DNA of 64,000 nucleotides from Saccostrea cucullata (Eukaryota): NCBI RefSeq assembly GCF_032062105.1, contig NW_026935833.1, positions 372,001 to 436,000 of the forward strand, read 5' to 3'. Shown piece by piece: positions 49,515 to 62,226 of this stretch (position 1 is its first letter; each line of letters starts with the position of its first letter). The notes under the pieces were generated by a model. It saw only the letters and a program-made list of their open reading frames with translations, ran no database searches and was not told where the DNA came from. The position numbers and the translations under genes were made by a program.

Positions 49515-52500
49515 TCACTCGTAATAGAGAGCGTAAACCGAGCCGTCGGCGAAGATATGGCGGTTGTGGAAGGAAGCGGCAGCAAAGTTGTCTCTGTCGG
49601 CGTCCCAGAGATACCGTGAGCCGATCTGTACCCCCTGGTTGTGCTTCTGTCCAATCGTAACTGTACACACCAGTTTGTATCTAAAATAGACAGAAAATCA
49701 CGAAATCGATTAAAGACGACTCTTAATAATGAAAGGGGCATGGACACAGTTTCAGCTAAAATTTCAAAATTTATTTTTCCATAATTTTTTTTACAAATAT
49801 TTAACTAGGGTCTTTCTAATGATCATCAAAAATTTGAACATCAGTTGTCGAGATGAAAGACAGGTTTAGAGCTCCAAACTTTTGTTATTTAAACAAGGTC
49901 CGTGCCATGTTTTTGTTTACATAGATTAATATACTAATATATAATAGTTTAAAGTAGATAATTTTAATAAAAAAGTTAATTTCAAATACGATTCGACAGT
50001 TTCTATTGATTTACTGAATTTTATTTTGTTAATATATATTTTCTATATGTTTACAAAAACAAGGCACGAGTCTTGTTTACATTATAAAGAACTTCTGTAT
50101 CTCGTTTGTTAATTAACAAATGATGCTCAAATTTTTGCTTATCATTAGATGATGCCTTAGATAGGAATTGTATGCATTAAAATTGGTTTTAAAAATTCAG
50201 TTTAAACTGTGGTCATGCCCCTTTAACTCCACGAGCTCTAAGGTCGCGAAGTAAGGAGTTGATCCTTACGTCGCGAGTTCGAATCCCACTGTGGGACGTG
50301 GAGACTGGTCCTTCGGATGAGACCTATAAACCGAGGTCCCAGTCGTAGAAGGTGCTGGCACGAAAAAGATCCCTCCCTGCTCAATGGCCCTAAGTACCGA
50401 GTACAGGACAAAATTTGCAACTCTCCATCGTTAAGTGGTGGCGTCTCCGCGTCTCCATATGAGTGAAAAATTCTTGAGAGGGACGTTAAACAACATACAA
50501 TCAGTCAATCATAAGTAACTCCACACAATGGAAGGGATGTTTTCAGTTCGTTTTTTTTAATAGAACATCCAATATATAATGAACAGGACATATGAATTTA
50601 TACAAAACATACAAGAAAAGGGAAATCTTAAATTGTAATGTATTCAAAGTGAATTTCAACCATATCTCCGCGATGCAACAGACATCAGCATAGATCTTAA
50701 AGGTTCTGAACTTTGTCGTGTTTTTATTATTGAAAAAGTGATATGGATTACCACAGCGTGCTTTTGATAAAACTAACCTTTTGAAATCCAGTTCCTTGAC
50801 TTTCTGTTTGATTTCGTCAGACAGTTTCTTGGAAAGAATGGAACACTCTACAGGATCATATTTCTTCCCTACAAAAAACAAGTCTATAGATATATAGAAT
50901 TATTAAACATACCGGTATACATATAGCGAGTATTCACCATCTTAAAGGGTTTGGGAAAAAGCATAGAGGAAGTAGAGTTGAGAGAAATACAAGAAATATG
51001 TCCTAGTTACATGTACAAGAAAATTTAGATCGTAGCAAACTGTTGTGGTACATTCGAGTACTTCTTCGTCCAATGCAAGTCGCCGCACGAGCAAACATCA
51101 AACTCAAGGAAATATAACGTTATATTTGGGTATTGTAATATTTATCATATTTATGTCAATAAAACCAACTTGTTCATCATTCTCTTAACCATCGTGGGGA
51201 GTGACCTACTCTTTCTTTACTATATGAATATGAAGACAAGTGCATTGACATTTTGTACGAAATTGCTCTGCATAAAGGGGTATAAGAAATTGAATGTCTG
51301 CATTAAGCTTCAAACAGCTAGCCACATTATAAAATCTATACGATATATGGACCAATGGGAGACTGATGAAATGTCTCTTTGAGAGATAGCGCTGCTCTAC
51401 TTCCGGTAAACACAGTGGTCACGGAATCTTATTTGTCGTCTCTGTAATAATTAATGTTCACTTCAAACAATTCCAGTCACAAAAGGGTTTGTCATCTTTC
51501 ATGTACAAATTTAGCATCGAACACAAAAACTAAACCCATCTCTGACATGCAGAAGAAAATTGGTTTTCATTTACAAAAATTAACTGACTTGAAACAATAA
51601 CGTAGGAATTTTGATCCATTGACATGTCCTTTTATATATTAAGCTGTAGTTCTATACCTCGCTGGTTGGGGAAAAAAAAGACGGAAGACGAGACTAAAAA
51701 AGCTACCATCTCAAGATGTCCCTAGCATATCCTAATACATGTATACTACTTCCACAATAAACTTTTGTTACATTTAAGTTTTGCAATTTAAGAAATTCAA
51801 AACTGTCTATAACAATCTAGTTTTAAATTTATTTAATTGCAAAACTTTTATGTAACACATTTCCTCAATTAGGCCCAAATCTTAAAATTTTGCTAATATT
51901 AATACTACCATTTAGGATGACAAGACAATCCAATCCAACGCACTTTGTAATGTATATTACTTGTACACATGTACAAGCAGTTATGTCATCAAAGTAGTAA
52001 GTAAATCTGTTAGGAACAGTGGAACACAATGTCTTAGTATTGGTATAAATATTAACACGTTATTCAAAATCTGAAAATTAAATATTGTTCTATAAACACA
52101 AAGAGTAACGATTATGAAAGGGATCTAATTTCCCATACCTTCAAGATGAGTTTCCAGGACCTTCTCTATGATGGGTTTGACTTTGTCTGCTCTGAACTTC
52201 GCGGGAGGATCTAGCTGATAGGTATTTTCATAATAAACCTTTAAAAAATATCATCAACAATGATATACCATTAATTTAACACTAGCATATCTAATATAGA
52301 CATCTAACATACATGTATCCTGTCGAAAACAGAACGATGTTACGCTCATTTTACATGCAACAAATTCCAAGCAAAGTTCGGAATCATGCAGTCGTATTTT
52401 CAACGTTCCGATCACACCTGAACACGTACCTTTTTGGCCTTGTGCATGTCGTCATCATGACGGGGGTCGCAGACAAACGAGATGACGCTGGAACCCGCGT

Positions 52501-52576
52501 TCTTCAGGGGTCGGTGCTGGGCTGCCACATCGAAGAGGCTGGAGACCTTGGCTCCTAATTCCCTCCCTGTCATCAT
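49515..52576 (-). CDS. Tctex1 domain-containing dynein light chain (TCTEX1D1/DYNLT5-like), 167 aa
   Basis: Exons 52576-52430, 52238-52139, 50868-50778, 49680-49515 (504 nt). Motifs YENTYQLDP, LSDEIKQKVKELDFKRYKLVCTVTIGQ...QGVQIGSRYLWDADRDNFA...VYALYYE. An acceptor at ~52586 implies an upstream UTR exon. Confidence 0.92.
49732..50224. mobile_element. Kolobok-like MITE
   Basis: TIR AAAGGGGCATG(GA/AC)CACAGTTT; TTAA at the right end and TGAA at the left end. Confidence 0.75.
50232..50510 (+). mobile_element. tRNA-derived SINE with a Meta-like central domain
   Basis: B-box GAGTTCGAATCCC, central GTCCTTCGGATGAGACCTATAAACCGAGGTCCC, 3' GGGACGTTAAACAA plus a (CAAT)n-like tail. Confidence 0.75.
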
Positions 52577-53320
52577 TCTGTCAACCTATAAATAATATAT
52601 TGTCAGTAACATAATCCCAGGTTATGCACGGTATGTATCATTTCGTCCTCGCGGACCACTATAGTCTTTATTGATTCGTGAGTAGAAAATTGCTTATTCG
52701 GTTTCCATGGTAAAAAGGAAGCTACATTATCCTGCAAACTGAGATTGATTTGTTTGATGGTCTCTCTAGTACCACTTAAGTCTCAAGAGTTCCTCGTTAA
52801 ACCAACAGTTCATGTGCAGTTTAATGGCAATGTGTTGACTTGGGAATAAGCAGCACAGTAATTACACTGAGACAAATCAAAACCTAATAAAAGTAACTTT
52901 CATTGATTAATGATTAATGTAATCTCTTGGTTCACAAATGTCGCATCACGATTTAAGAGAAGAATACACAAAAGGAATAGCAATTCTCTTGAAAATTTCA
53001 TGAGAGTAATGGTGTTTCTCCGACTTAAATTCATATTAGAACTTTATAATAGCTGATGGCAATCACAGAGATGTTAATAATTAACAAGAATTTTCATATA
53101 CAATGTAGAATTTTCATTAAAACTTAACTGTAAATGCTTCAAACTCATTTTTCTTTTGAAGATATTCAAAAAATTGCATTTCATTAAAATCTTATACTTA
53201 TATAAACATTTCTACACTGATCGAGAGAATGTCTCAAACGAAAGAAAGGCAAGCTTGCAAGGGGGGAAATTAAATTGATTTATCTGATTAAATTAAAAAA
53301 AATATACAAACACATGCATG

Positions 53321-53876
53321 TATGGTAAAACTCGGTTAAAGATGGAAGTTATTGGGATTTCGAATTTTACAGATTTCCCTGTCATCGAGATTCTTTATAT
53401 CCCGAAAAATTGTGATTGGTATTTTGCTATTTTAAGGACCCTCTCTAGAATACACACAAAAGTGTTCTGATTCTGTAATATTTAATTCTTCTGTAGTTAG
53501 TTTGATCTGCCCTTAGATCCTATTACAAATAAATTGAAGTCTTTTGTCTACTTCTCAATTTATAATCAATTCAAGAATTCTAAACAATTTGAAAGGCCAA
53601 GATAAAGTAAGTGATCACTTTATCTGCATTTATTTTATGCACTGGAGTTAATAACAGTGATTTCTGTTCATTGATATTTTATTGTTTTCGAACTTTTTTT
53701 TCCTGGAGTAAGTGCCACGTACAATATATTGAAAATTACATAGATAAGCTCAAAATTTACACCTATGTACAATGTGATTTTCTCAATGCTCCCCTCCCAC
53801 CCCCAAAAAAAAACCATATTGCAGTGGTGTATAGAGGATCCTTAAAACGGGCTTGTTATAACCGAGTTTCACTGTA
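53321..53876. mobile_element. Old MITE remnant
   Basis: Imperfect TIR TATGGTAAAACTCGGTTA / TAACCGAGTTTCACTGTA. Confidence 0.5.
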
Positions 53877-55698
53877 CTTAAATAAGAAAGGTAAAGTAGT
53901 GAAATCATTCAATGAGGAATGCTAAGATTATGCTCAACACAAGCACGAGTGTTACTGCGTGAATGTTTCGAACAGCAATTCTACTAGGGAAGTGGTTTAT
54001 GCCACATTAATAAATCAGGGTAAATATCAATCTCTCCTTGCGTAATTAATTAACAATAAAAGGAGGAAAATTTTCTTTTTCATTGATTCGTTCTTGAAGT
54101 CAGATTCGGCGTCTGGAATTCAGTTCAGTTCACCTGAGGAAAATATGTCTGATCAAGATTTTCATATTTTCTACTTTTAATTAAATTCACAAAATAATGT
54201 TCTTTTTTATGTTCGAATAATTGGAATTCGTTCAAATAACAAAGGATTTTAATAAACAAACAAATTAAGAGCATTGGTGTTCCCCGTTTCGGTGACAAAG
54301 TATATAGGTACTGTTTCTGGCAAACTTAGGTATCTTGTCTTTGAGTTCTGTCTGGTTTTTCCATCATGCACAACAGATGTAAATTTTTAATGAATAAAAG
54401 TTAATTTAGTATTACAAGAATTTAAGTTTCATAAACTGCATCAAATTTAAGATGGTCATGAGATCAAATATCAGAATACACCCGAAAGGTCTTGTCATAA
54501 GTAATGCACAAATTTGAAAAAATAAAAAAATATGAGCCCCATCTCTTCTGGAGAAAAAATTATTACCAAACCAAGTTTTTTTAACAACATATAAATAGGT
54601 CAGACTTTAAGGACACGTGGTCAAAAACGCATTACGTCTTGCCACAGGTAATTCACAAATCAAAATATGGCATTTTTAAACACTCTCTTTCATTCAAAAG
54701 TTATATCAAATATATTTTGGAGGGTTTTGTCACAGTTTTGTCAGACGAGTCGAATTAAAACGATCTAAAGGCCGGTCAGTGTCGAGTGTGGAATGAACGG
54801 GATTGTAAAACGTCTCTTACGTGACTGAATTCAGTTTTATTGAGTTACACTATATTTCCCTTTCCACATTTCAACCATAGAGTCAATCTATAATCAAAAA
54901 TTCTACATTAGGCCTAATTGTGATTTGCTTCTTTACGCTGTCGTTTAATAGGCCCATGTCATACATCTTGCATCATAATACGCAAGTTTGGAGTTATTTC
55001 ATAGCAGAGCAACACCCATATTTTGGGCTACAAACAATACAGGCGTAAATACTCATTACTGTCATTAAAAAATATGAAGTAACGTTAAATGATATATATT
55101 TCAATCCATATTTTTCTTTAAAACGAAGGGACTTACAGAAATTTAAATATCTGTTGCTCTGAAACTTCCTAGGTCGCTGTGCAAAAAATTGTTTTGGAAA
55201 CTATTCAAAAATCTAATTGCAAGAAACTTATAGATGATCCAGATGAATCTACAGACGATGGCAAAAGTACAGATCCATCTACGTGTTCAAATTTTAATGA
55301 TTATTACACTGTATATTTTGTGCCCATTTATTAAAAGGTAAAATCTTAAAGTGCAAAATACATTGTAAGAAATAATACAGGATATTCATATAAAAAAACT
55401 CAATTAGTCTAGAAACGCGAATAAAAGCATTATGACATCGATTGCATCGAGTTCGGAAAACAGAAAATACACAATTCGTTGGTGGCGCCAAAAACTTAAT
55501 TTTCAATATTCAACTCTGGTCAGTATTGAAAAACAGTTTTAAATTGAAATTGATCGTTCAGTTTTCATTTCAATAGTAGATAAATACATTTTGTTCATTT
55601 TGGTAGATCTATTTACAGTACAGTTACTAGTAATTTTTGTTGAATTTGAAATAGCAATTAGCATAAAATTACATCCTTTTATAGGTCTATAACCTGGG

Positions 55699-55959
55699 AT
55701 GACAATGACTTTATCAGATGTTCTTCCGTTGGTTTTTCTTGTCCTGCTGCTCCCTATGCAAGCTATGACGTGTGTGACGGATTATTCCTCACCAGACGGC
55801 TGCGCGGATGTTGGCGGGGAGTGTAAGGCTTCGGCGGGGGAGTGTTACATGGTACCCACAATGTATTATGGAGACCAATGCTGCTGCTCCACGGACGAGT
55901 CCTGTAGATGGGTTCAACCCGACTCCAGTCTTGTAAAGAAAAGGGATGACGAACTGTAG
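55699..55959 (+). CDS. Orphan secreted cysteine-rich peptide precursor, 86 aa
   Basis: GC-richer island in AT-rich DNA. Acceptor (CATCCTTTTATAG, 55684) lies just upstream with an in-frame stop before the ATG; hydrophobic signal peptide, 8 Cys, KKR site and DDEL end; ATTAAA at ~56046. Confidence 0.85.
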   Translation: MTMTLSDVLPLVFLVLLLPMQAMTCVTDYSSPDGCADVGGECKASAGECYMVPTMYYGDQCCCSTDESCRWVQPDSSLVKKRDDEL

Positions 55960-56579
55960 ATACGCATGTTATTATTTAGAGTGCATTTATCAAAATGATA
56001 AATCAAAGTGATGTACCCATTGTGTGTTTAAAATGAAATTTCTATATTAAAACTATCACTGAAATTATTTTTATTCCTAAGCAGTGATTGTCATAAATTA
56101 ACATATATTTGAAAAAAAATGGGCCTGTTTTAGAATTTAATAGGTTAGTAGCGAAAAAATTAAGTTCATAATTCCATACATGTGTATCATTTTAATTTAA
56201 GATATAAATGCGTTATAAAAAAAAATTAAAATAAATGTTATTTTCTTCTTTTTATTGATAGAGAGACCGCCCTTTTTTCCTCAAACATAACCCTAGAAAG
56301 CATTGAAAGATTGTCCCCTTTTGTTGTAGTATAGTAAGAAAACGGCTTAGTTGTGGAGATGTTGCAACCCCCCCCCTCCCGTTTTCCATCACCAGCGCCA
56401 CAAAAACGCACGCACACACTCACTAGGATTGATTCCGACTTTTAATATTTTTTCCCCTTTTCTTTCGTTTGTCAACTCTTTTTTTTTTCAATTGAGAATT
56501 TCTGGGCTGTCCATTTCAACAATGTTCAAAATGCCACCTCACCTGTACATTAGTCAAGACCCCATGGCGAGCCTCTAGA

Positions 56580-56650
56580 TACCTTGTGACGTAGTGGTAT
56601 ACCGGAAGAGGCAAAGGTAAATCCCAAAAAGTTTTCAAACATGGCGGTTG
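56580..56650 (+). promoter_or_regulatory. Housekeeping-type proximal promoter of the PLEKHA-like gene
   Basis: TGACGT (CRE-like), CCGGAAG (ETS) and AACATGGCGG (YY1-like, overlapping the ATG). Confidence 0.45.
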
Positions 56651-59600
56651 ATGTTTTGCGGGAGAGGCATCCCCATGTAAATTTCGGAGTAACAAGAGAC
56701 GGACGAATCTTTTTTATCGAGTGAGTAATTTATAATGATCAACGAATGTTCATTTTCCTTGCATAAAATATGTGTGTTTGTATACTGAAAGAAAGACATC
56801 AAAAACTGGAAGAGAAACTATTTACACCTGAACTGGGAGGACAGGTATTCCTTAAAAATATTATTTTAAGTTCTTTGATTTTGTTTTTCATTTCTTTTTT
56901 AAAGTGAGAAATCACGGACAACATCTTGGCTTCATCCATTAAAAAGAAATCCCGTGCAAACAGGCCACAGACGAGTCTCAGGTGAGTAACAACATTGTTT
57001 ACAAAGGGGTGCAACTCGTACCAGCCTCAGATTAATTAGACCCAAAACACCTGTCAAGTTAGATAAAATCTACGCGTTTTTAGTTTGTTTTGTGATTATT
57101 ATCGACATTGGGTAAAGTTACGGATGTTCTATTCATTGCATTTTTGAAAATTATAAACATTTGATATACTCTGTTCAGAAAATAGGTATTTGTCATCCTC
57201 ACCGCCGCACCAACACAAGCCCATGCAGCATATTTCAAGATGCATTTCCCAAATACTTAACAATCAAGTCTTTCAACTAATCAGTTAACACTATGTTAAT
57301 GTGGTTTGATGTTATATTTATTATTAAACTTTATTACCAAAGCTCCAACTTGAAAATCAGTTTCGTCTGTATGATATATATCAGTGCACACACTTCTTCA
57401 AATGGAAATATTACCTTATTTGCATTTTCTGTTCAATGGCTTCATCAGTTTACTTTTGATCAGTTGCCATGGCTTATTCACTTTATTCATGATTAATTTA
57501 AACATGTACAGTTTGAACTATATGTATATTTTCTTTGTGAAACATAGTATGTTAAGTTTTTTAGAGGGTTATACAATGCTCATGTAGTATATGGTTTGAA
57601 GATTTTGAATTGTATAATAATATATTAAGTTCCTTCCCCTAAATCAGGGTTCTCAAAACCTGTTCCTATCTGTTACTTTTATCAGGATAAAATCATGATT
57701 TTCCAGCCAATGAATCTGATGGAGAAGTAATTTGATAAAATCATTTCCATCAGTCAAGCTAGGTCCCTCCTTTTGTTGTAAAAGAACCAACTGATTTCGA
57801 TCTATTTAAAATGCCCTGGCTTGCTAAACAGGTTCAGGTCAAGAATTCAAGAAAATCAAAACCCCAGCCACATAGCCCAGATTTTCAAGTGATATGTTCC
57901 TTGAGTAACCTTTGCTTGCATTGATCATGTTGATAGCAAGATTATTTCTCTACACATTATTTATTGGGTCCTAAGAAAAATTAAATGACATTAAAAGAAA
58001 AAATCCCTCAAAATTCCTGTCCTTTTTCATTTCATGTATCTCCATCATGTAAACATAGGAGAGTGTCCTGATTTGTTGGTAAACATGAGCTCTATATCAG
58101 TTGTTATGTAATATGAGCCCAGGTGACATAAATCTCTGTGTATTTACCTGTAAAACGTTCAGCCAGCCAGTCTTAAAACCACCCTACTGATCAACCATAC
58201 TGTGTGGGAAGAAGTCTAACTCCGATTTACCTGTATGATAAAGAAATGAAATGATGGTTTATTTCACTTTAAGGCCCTGACCCAATTTACACAGGTGTGT
58301 CAAAAACATCTTAATGCTGCGAATGGTCCATAGTAAAATTGTTCAGGAGAGGGTGATAATTTTACTTGATTTAAAGAAAAAGTAAACATGTACATAAAAG
58401 AAACAACAAGATTTGTTTGTCTTATCATAATTGTGATTTGTTATTTTATATTAAATATCAGGTTTCAGTTGCAGCCTGTTTTCTCCACCAGGCTGTCTCC
58501 ATCAGGTGTAGCAGCTACAGTATAAATAAATTTGATTGACCAATGCTGCATTAATTTAAACTTCTTGCATATCTATGAAGATTACACATTTAAGTTTCAC
58601 ATTTAAGCATTGTGTGAGAGAAAAAAAATGCATAACAGATTAATAATGGCAATACAGTCATGTAATATGAAAAATTATAGTGAGATTTATTGCTCTGCAA
58701 AAGCTAGATGTTTCTAATGAAATACTCATGTTAGGTACATTTCTCATGAGTAATCTACAGGACACTAGGCACCTGAGGTGAAATTGACAGATTTCAGACA
58801 CATTACATTGAACAGGTAAAAAAAGAGATGTTCAAAGCTGATTAATTGCTTTTGGGCTGGACAGATAAATTTTAGATCTCTTGGTCATAATAAGCCAATG
58901 AACTCAAATGGATCTGGGGAGTTTGGTCTGAGCTAACATACTTAGCCCAGGTATTGGGGATCATATAACAGAATCTGGAGTGACATTTGTCAGTTTTGTT
59001 TACTTTATATTTTATGGCCCTGGTCGGTTCCAGCTTTATTGCTGGACAGTCATTTAAAAGTCCTGACTAATCGCCTTAGTCCGATCAGGTCTTATCTCTC
59101 TCCGCTGTCACACCTATTGTTGAAAACAAAAACAAAGCAATACCCTAGGAGAAGATTTCAACAGTAAAAAACAACAGAGTTAAGAAGACTATTGGCTTAA
59201 GGAGGAAGTTATGTATTTGTTCTCGGTGGCCGTCTACATTCCTGTGTATTTTGCATAAAATACATCTCACGTGTTGAAGGATAGTTGTCATTTATGCAGA
59301 TGAATTTCACAATTGTGCGGCTTAAGTTTTCACTGTGTTGAGGAATTCACGAGGTTCACACCCAATAAAGATAGCTGTAAATCAAAGTTTTGCAGTATAA
59401 ATTTTTAATGGAGAAATTTTAGCAGGTACTTGCTCAGGTGAGTTTTATTATCTGTGAGTTTTCTGACGTACTGTGTATGTTGAATGTGATACAATCTTAT
59501 GCATCACATACCGGTAACTGACAATGCAAATATGTATTAGAGGTCAAATTCTTTTCTTACTGATGTATATTCAATAGAATCCTTCTCAACTAAAATTTTT

Positions 59601-62226
59601 GCTTCAATATCTTAACTAAGTAAGTTCTGAACATGGAAACCTTTGAGGTTATGAACGGCACAAGATGTATGAAGCTACACATAAGTTACCTAGTGTCTTT
59701 GAACGATGGAAAGTGTGGTCAATTAAGACATGAAATTTCCATTTTATTTAATGACCTTATAAAGCACAAGCGTGTATCTTCCTAATGGTGTTAATGCTCT
59801 CGAAATTGACCAAGTATAGGTAAATGGAATGGACATGGTGGTTAAAGTTGATAAAATGTGTATTACAAATGTTCGAGCCGACACAATCACTTGGAAATGT
59901 ATTTTGTTCTTTGGCCTGAAGGCACCACACTTCACGGGAGACAGGAAAAAGACATTTGTGTTGGTGTCGGTGTTACATAAGGTGAGAAATGTCGTACCAA
60001 GTCCATGTTAATTTGTTTGTGTAGCCCCATGTCTGAAGGTTTGATTGTTATGGCTTTTTGAGTGGAGCAGGTCTCGCTCATTTTTTTTACCAACTGAACT
60101 TGATGATTTTGGAAGTGTCATATATATGCCGCGGTGTGTGTTATATTAAGATTGATAAAGCAAACTTTAAAAGTTTTATCTTATAGATATGAAAAAAGTT
60201 TTCATTAACATATTTTACGTCGTGAATGATCAAAGGAACTGTGTTATGTTTTTGTTCGGCTAATGTCTGTAATGATCAGTGAGAACATTATAATGGAGGA
60301 CATGATTGAATTTCTGCTTGTATTCCGCTGATTTCTTGGAGACATTCTGGGCCGCGAAGGTCGGTATAAAGTGTCGTGTGATGAAGAAGAGCCGGAAACC
60401 AGCTGTGATTATCTGGTCCTCAAGAGGTTGGAGATTGTATCAGAGTAAGAGATTCTATTGTCTTACGGCCACATTTCTGACATACTCTGTGTTGAATATT
60501 CTCTGGTCTTCTTCTGGAATAAGTGCATACATGTTAAGCTTTATTTCTCTCAGTGGTAAACTTATTGAGTGCATATCTTAATTTACTTCAAAGTGGACTT
60601 TATCTATAAATGCATATGTACTATATGAAATTGCATGACTGTTTATAATACATGTACTAAAAAAAGAGGCCTTCATATTTAAGCGGTTTTGGCATAGACA
60701 TTGGGTGTGCTAATTCATGAATACATGTACGTTAATGCTTAGAAATCATTTATAAATACAATATGTACAATGCAGACATGCAAAGTGCTAATTCATGAAT
60801 ATGCCAACAACTCAATACCCATTGATTGTGCTAAACGTGCCAATTTTTGTACACATAATGGTATATGAAATGGTAAAAGTAAATTTGTCTAAATTCTTGA
60901 GGTCTAGTGCATAAAATTATTTTGATTCAGTGTAAATAAATTAATTAATGACCATCTTTGATATTTTTAATGAAAAATTATGCAGCTTAAAGTAAACTTT
61001 CAAATTGGTAATTCTCAAACAAAGAAATCTCTCATACCAATTGAATATAGAAAAGTGATTTGCAAGTTCCAACCACTTTTTCTTTTTAAATCATTGGATA
61101 TCTCAGTTTTTTCTCAGTCCTAAGTTCTAGCGATTAAATAAGGTTTGACTGTTTGTAATCTAGTATGCATTCAGAGGGAAAATGATTTCACAGAAAACTG
61201 TCAAGTGTTCAGTTCCAACTGAATATTTCTATTGACTTGACCTTCCTTGAAAGAATTCATGTAGTTACTGCATTATGTTGCAATTTTTTTCCTTATTATA
61301 TAGTGTGTAAAACTTTTTAGGGGTTTGTGAATACAATTGTGTCTCTTATCTTAAAACATGATAGCATAGGAGTCAAATACAAGCAGGAATTTGCAATGGA
61401 GGAAAAATGTCATAATAATCATGTGTTTAGAAATTAATATGGCTGTACAATGTATTCAGTTACATTTACACAGCCCGAGAGGAATCTATGGGTAAAAACT
61501 TGTTTATAAGGATGCAATTACAATATGACTATGAACAGTCTGATTTAAAACAGCCCCCCTCATTTTCTCCTTACACTCAGCTTTTTATGCCAAGCCTTTT
61601 CCTGTCGTGGAGAAGAGAAGGGGAAGCTGGTTTTAGTCCTCTGCAATTTGGGTAAACTAAAATATGGGTAAGATGTAACAAAAAAGATACATAGCAATCC
61701 TGTGCTTGTATATTTATAAAGATGGAACATTCCTACCCCCTCTCAGACTCTTTTCTGAGTTTTCTCCCCTTTCAAATTACCTTGGTAAACATTTTGAACA
61801 GGAAAAAAATTTTCAACATATATAGTTGATAGTTGTCTTAGTATTATCATCATTATATACACTGTAAATATAGTCAGGTGTACTGTGAAAATGTTTGAGT
61901 TTATTAATGGTACTTATTACTTATGTATTTGGTGGAAGTGGATCGATCAAAGTGGATTCTAAAGTAAACCATAGAAAATTATTGAATGAGACTGATTAAT
62001 TGTAGAACATTTAAAACTAAGTCAGGTATTCGACCTATTGAATTTCCTTATTGATTCTTTAGTATGTAGTTTAACTTGCTCGGAAGGTAATTTAACTCTT
62101 GAGTTTTAATTGAACCATCAATACTTTATGAGTGACGTGATAGTTGACTCTGTGATTTTAAATTTCAGGGCTACCAGATGGCTGGGAACAGGCAGTGACA
62201 CCAGAGGGAGCTATTTACTTCATAGA
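56641..62226 (+). CDS. PLEKHA5/PLEKHA7-like protein, N-terminal tandem WW domains (partial; continues beyond the window)
   Basis: Exons 56641-56720, 56905-56981, 62169-62226 give MAVDVLRERHPHVNFGVTRDGRIFFIDEKSRTTSWLHPLKRNPVQTGHRRVSGLPDGWEQAVTPEGAIYFI, matching the PLEKHA5/7 pattern G.TR.GR.FFI....TTWLHP......TGHRR...LP.GWE.A.T.EGA.Y.I. Confidence 0.85.

Noticed and set aside
49411-49747. Arg- or Thr-rich ORFs on both strands
   Set aside because: They are alternative frames of the Tctex1-domain last exon.
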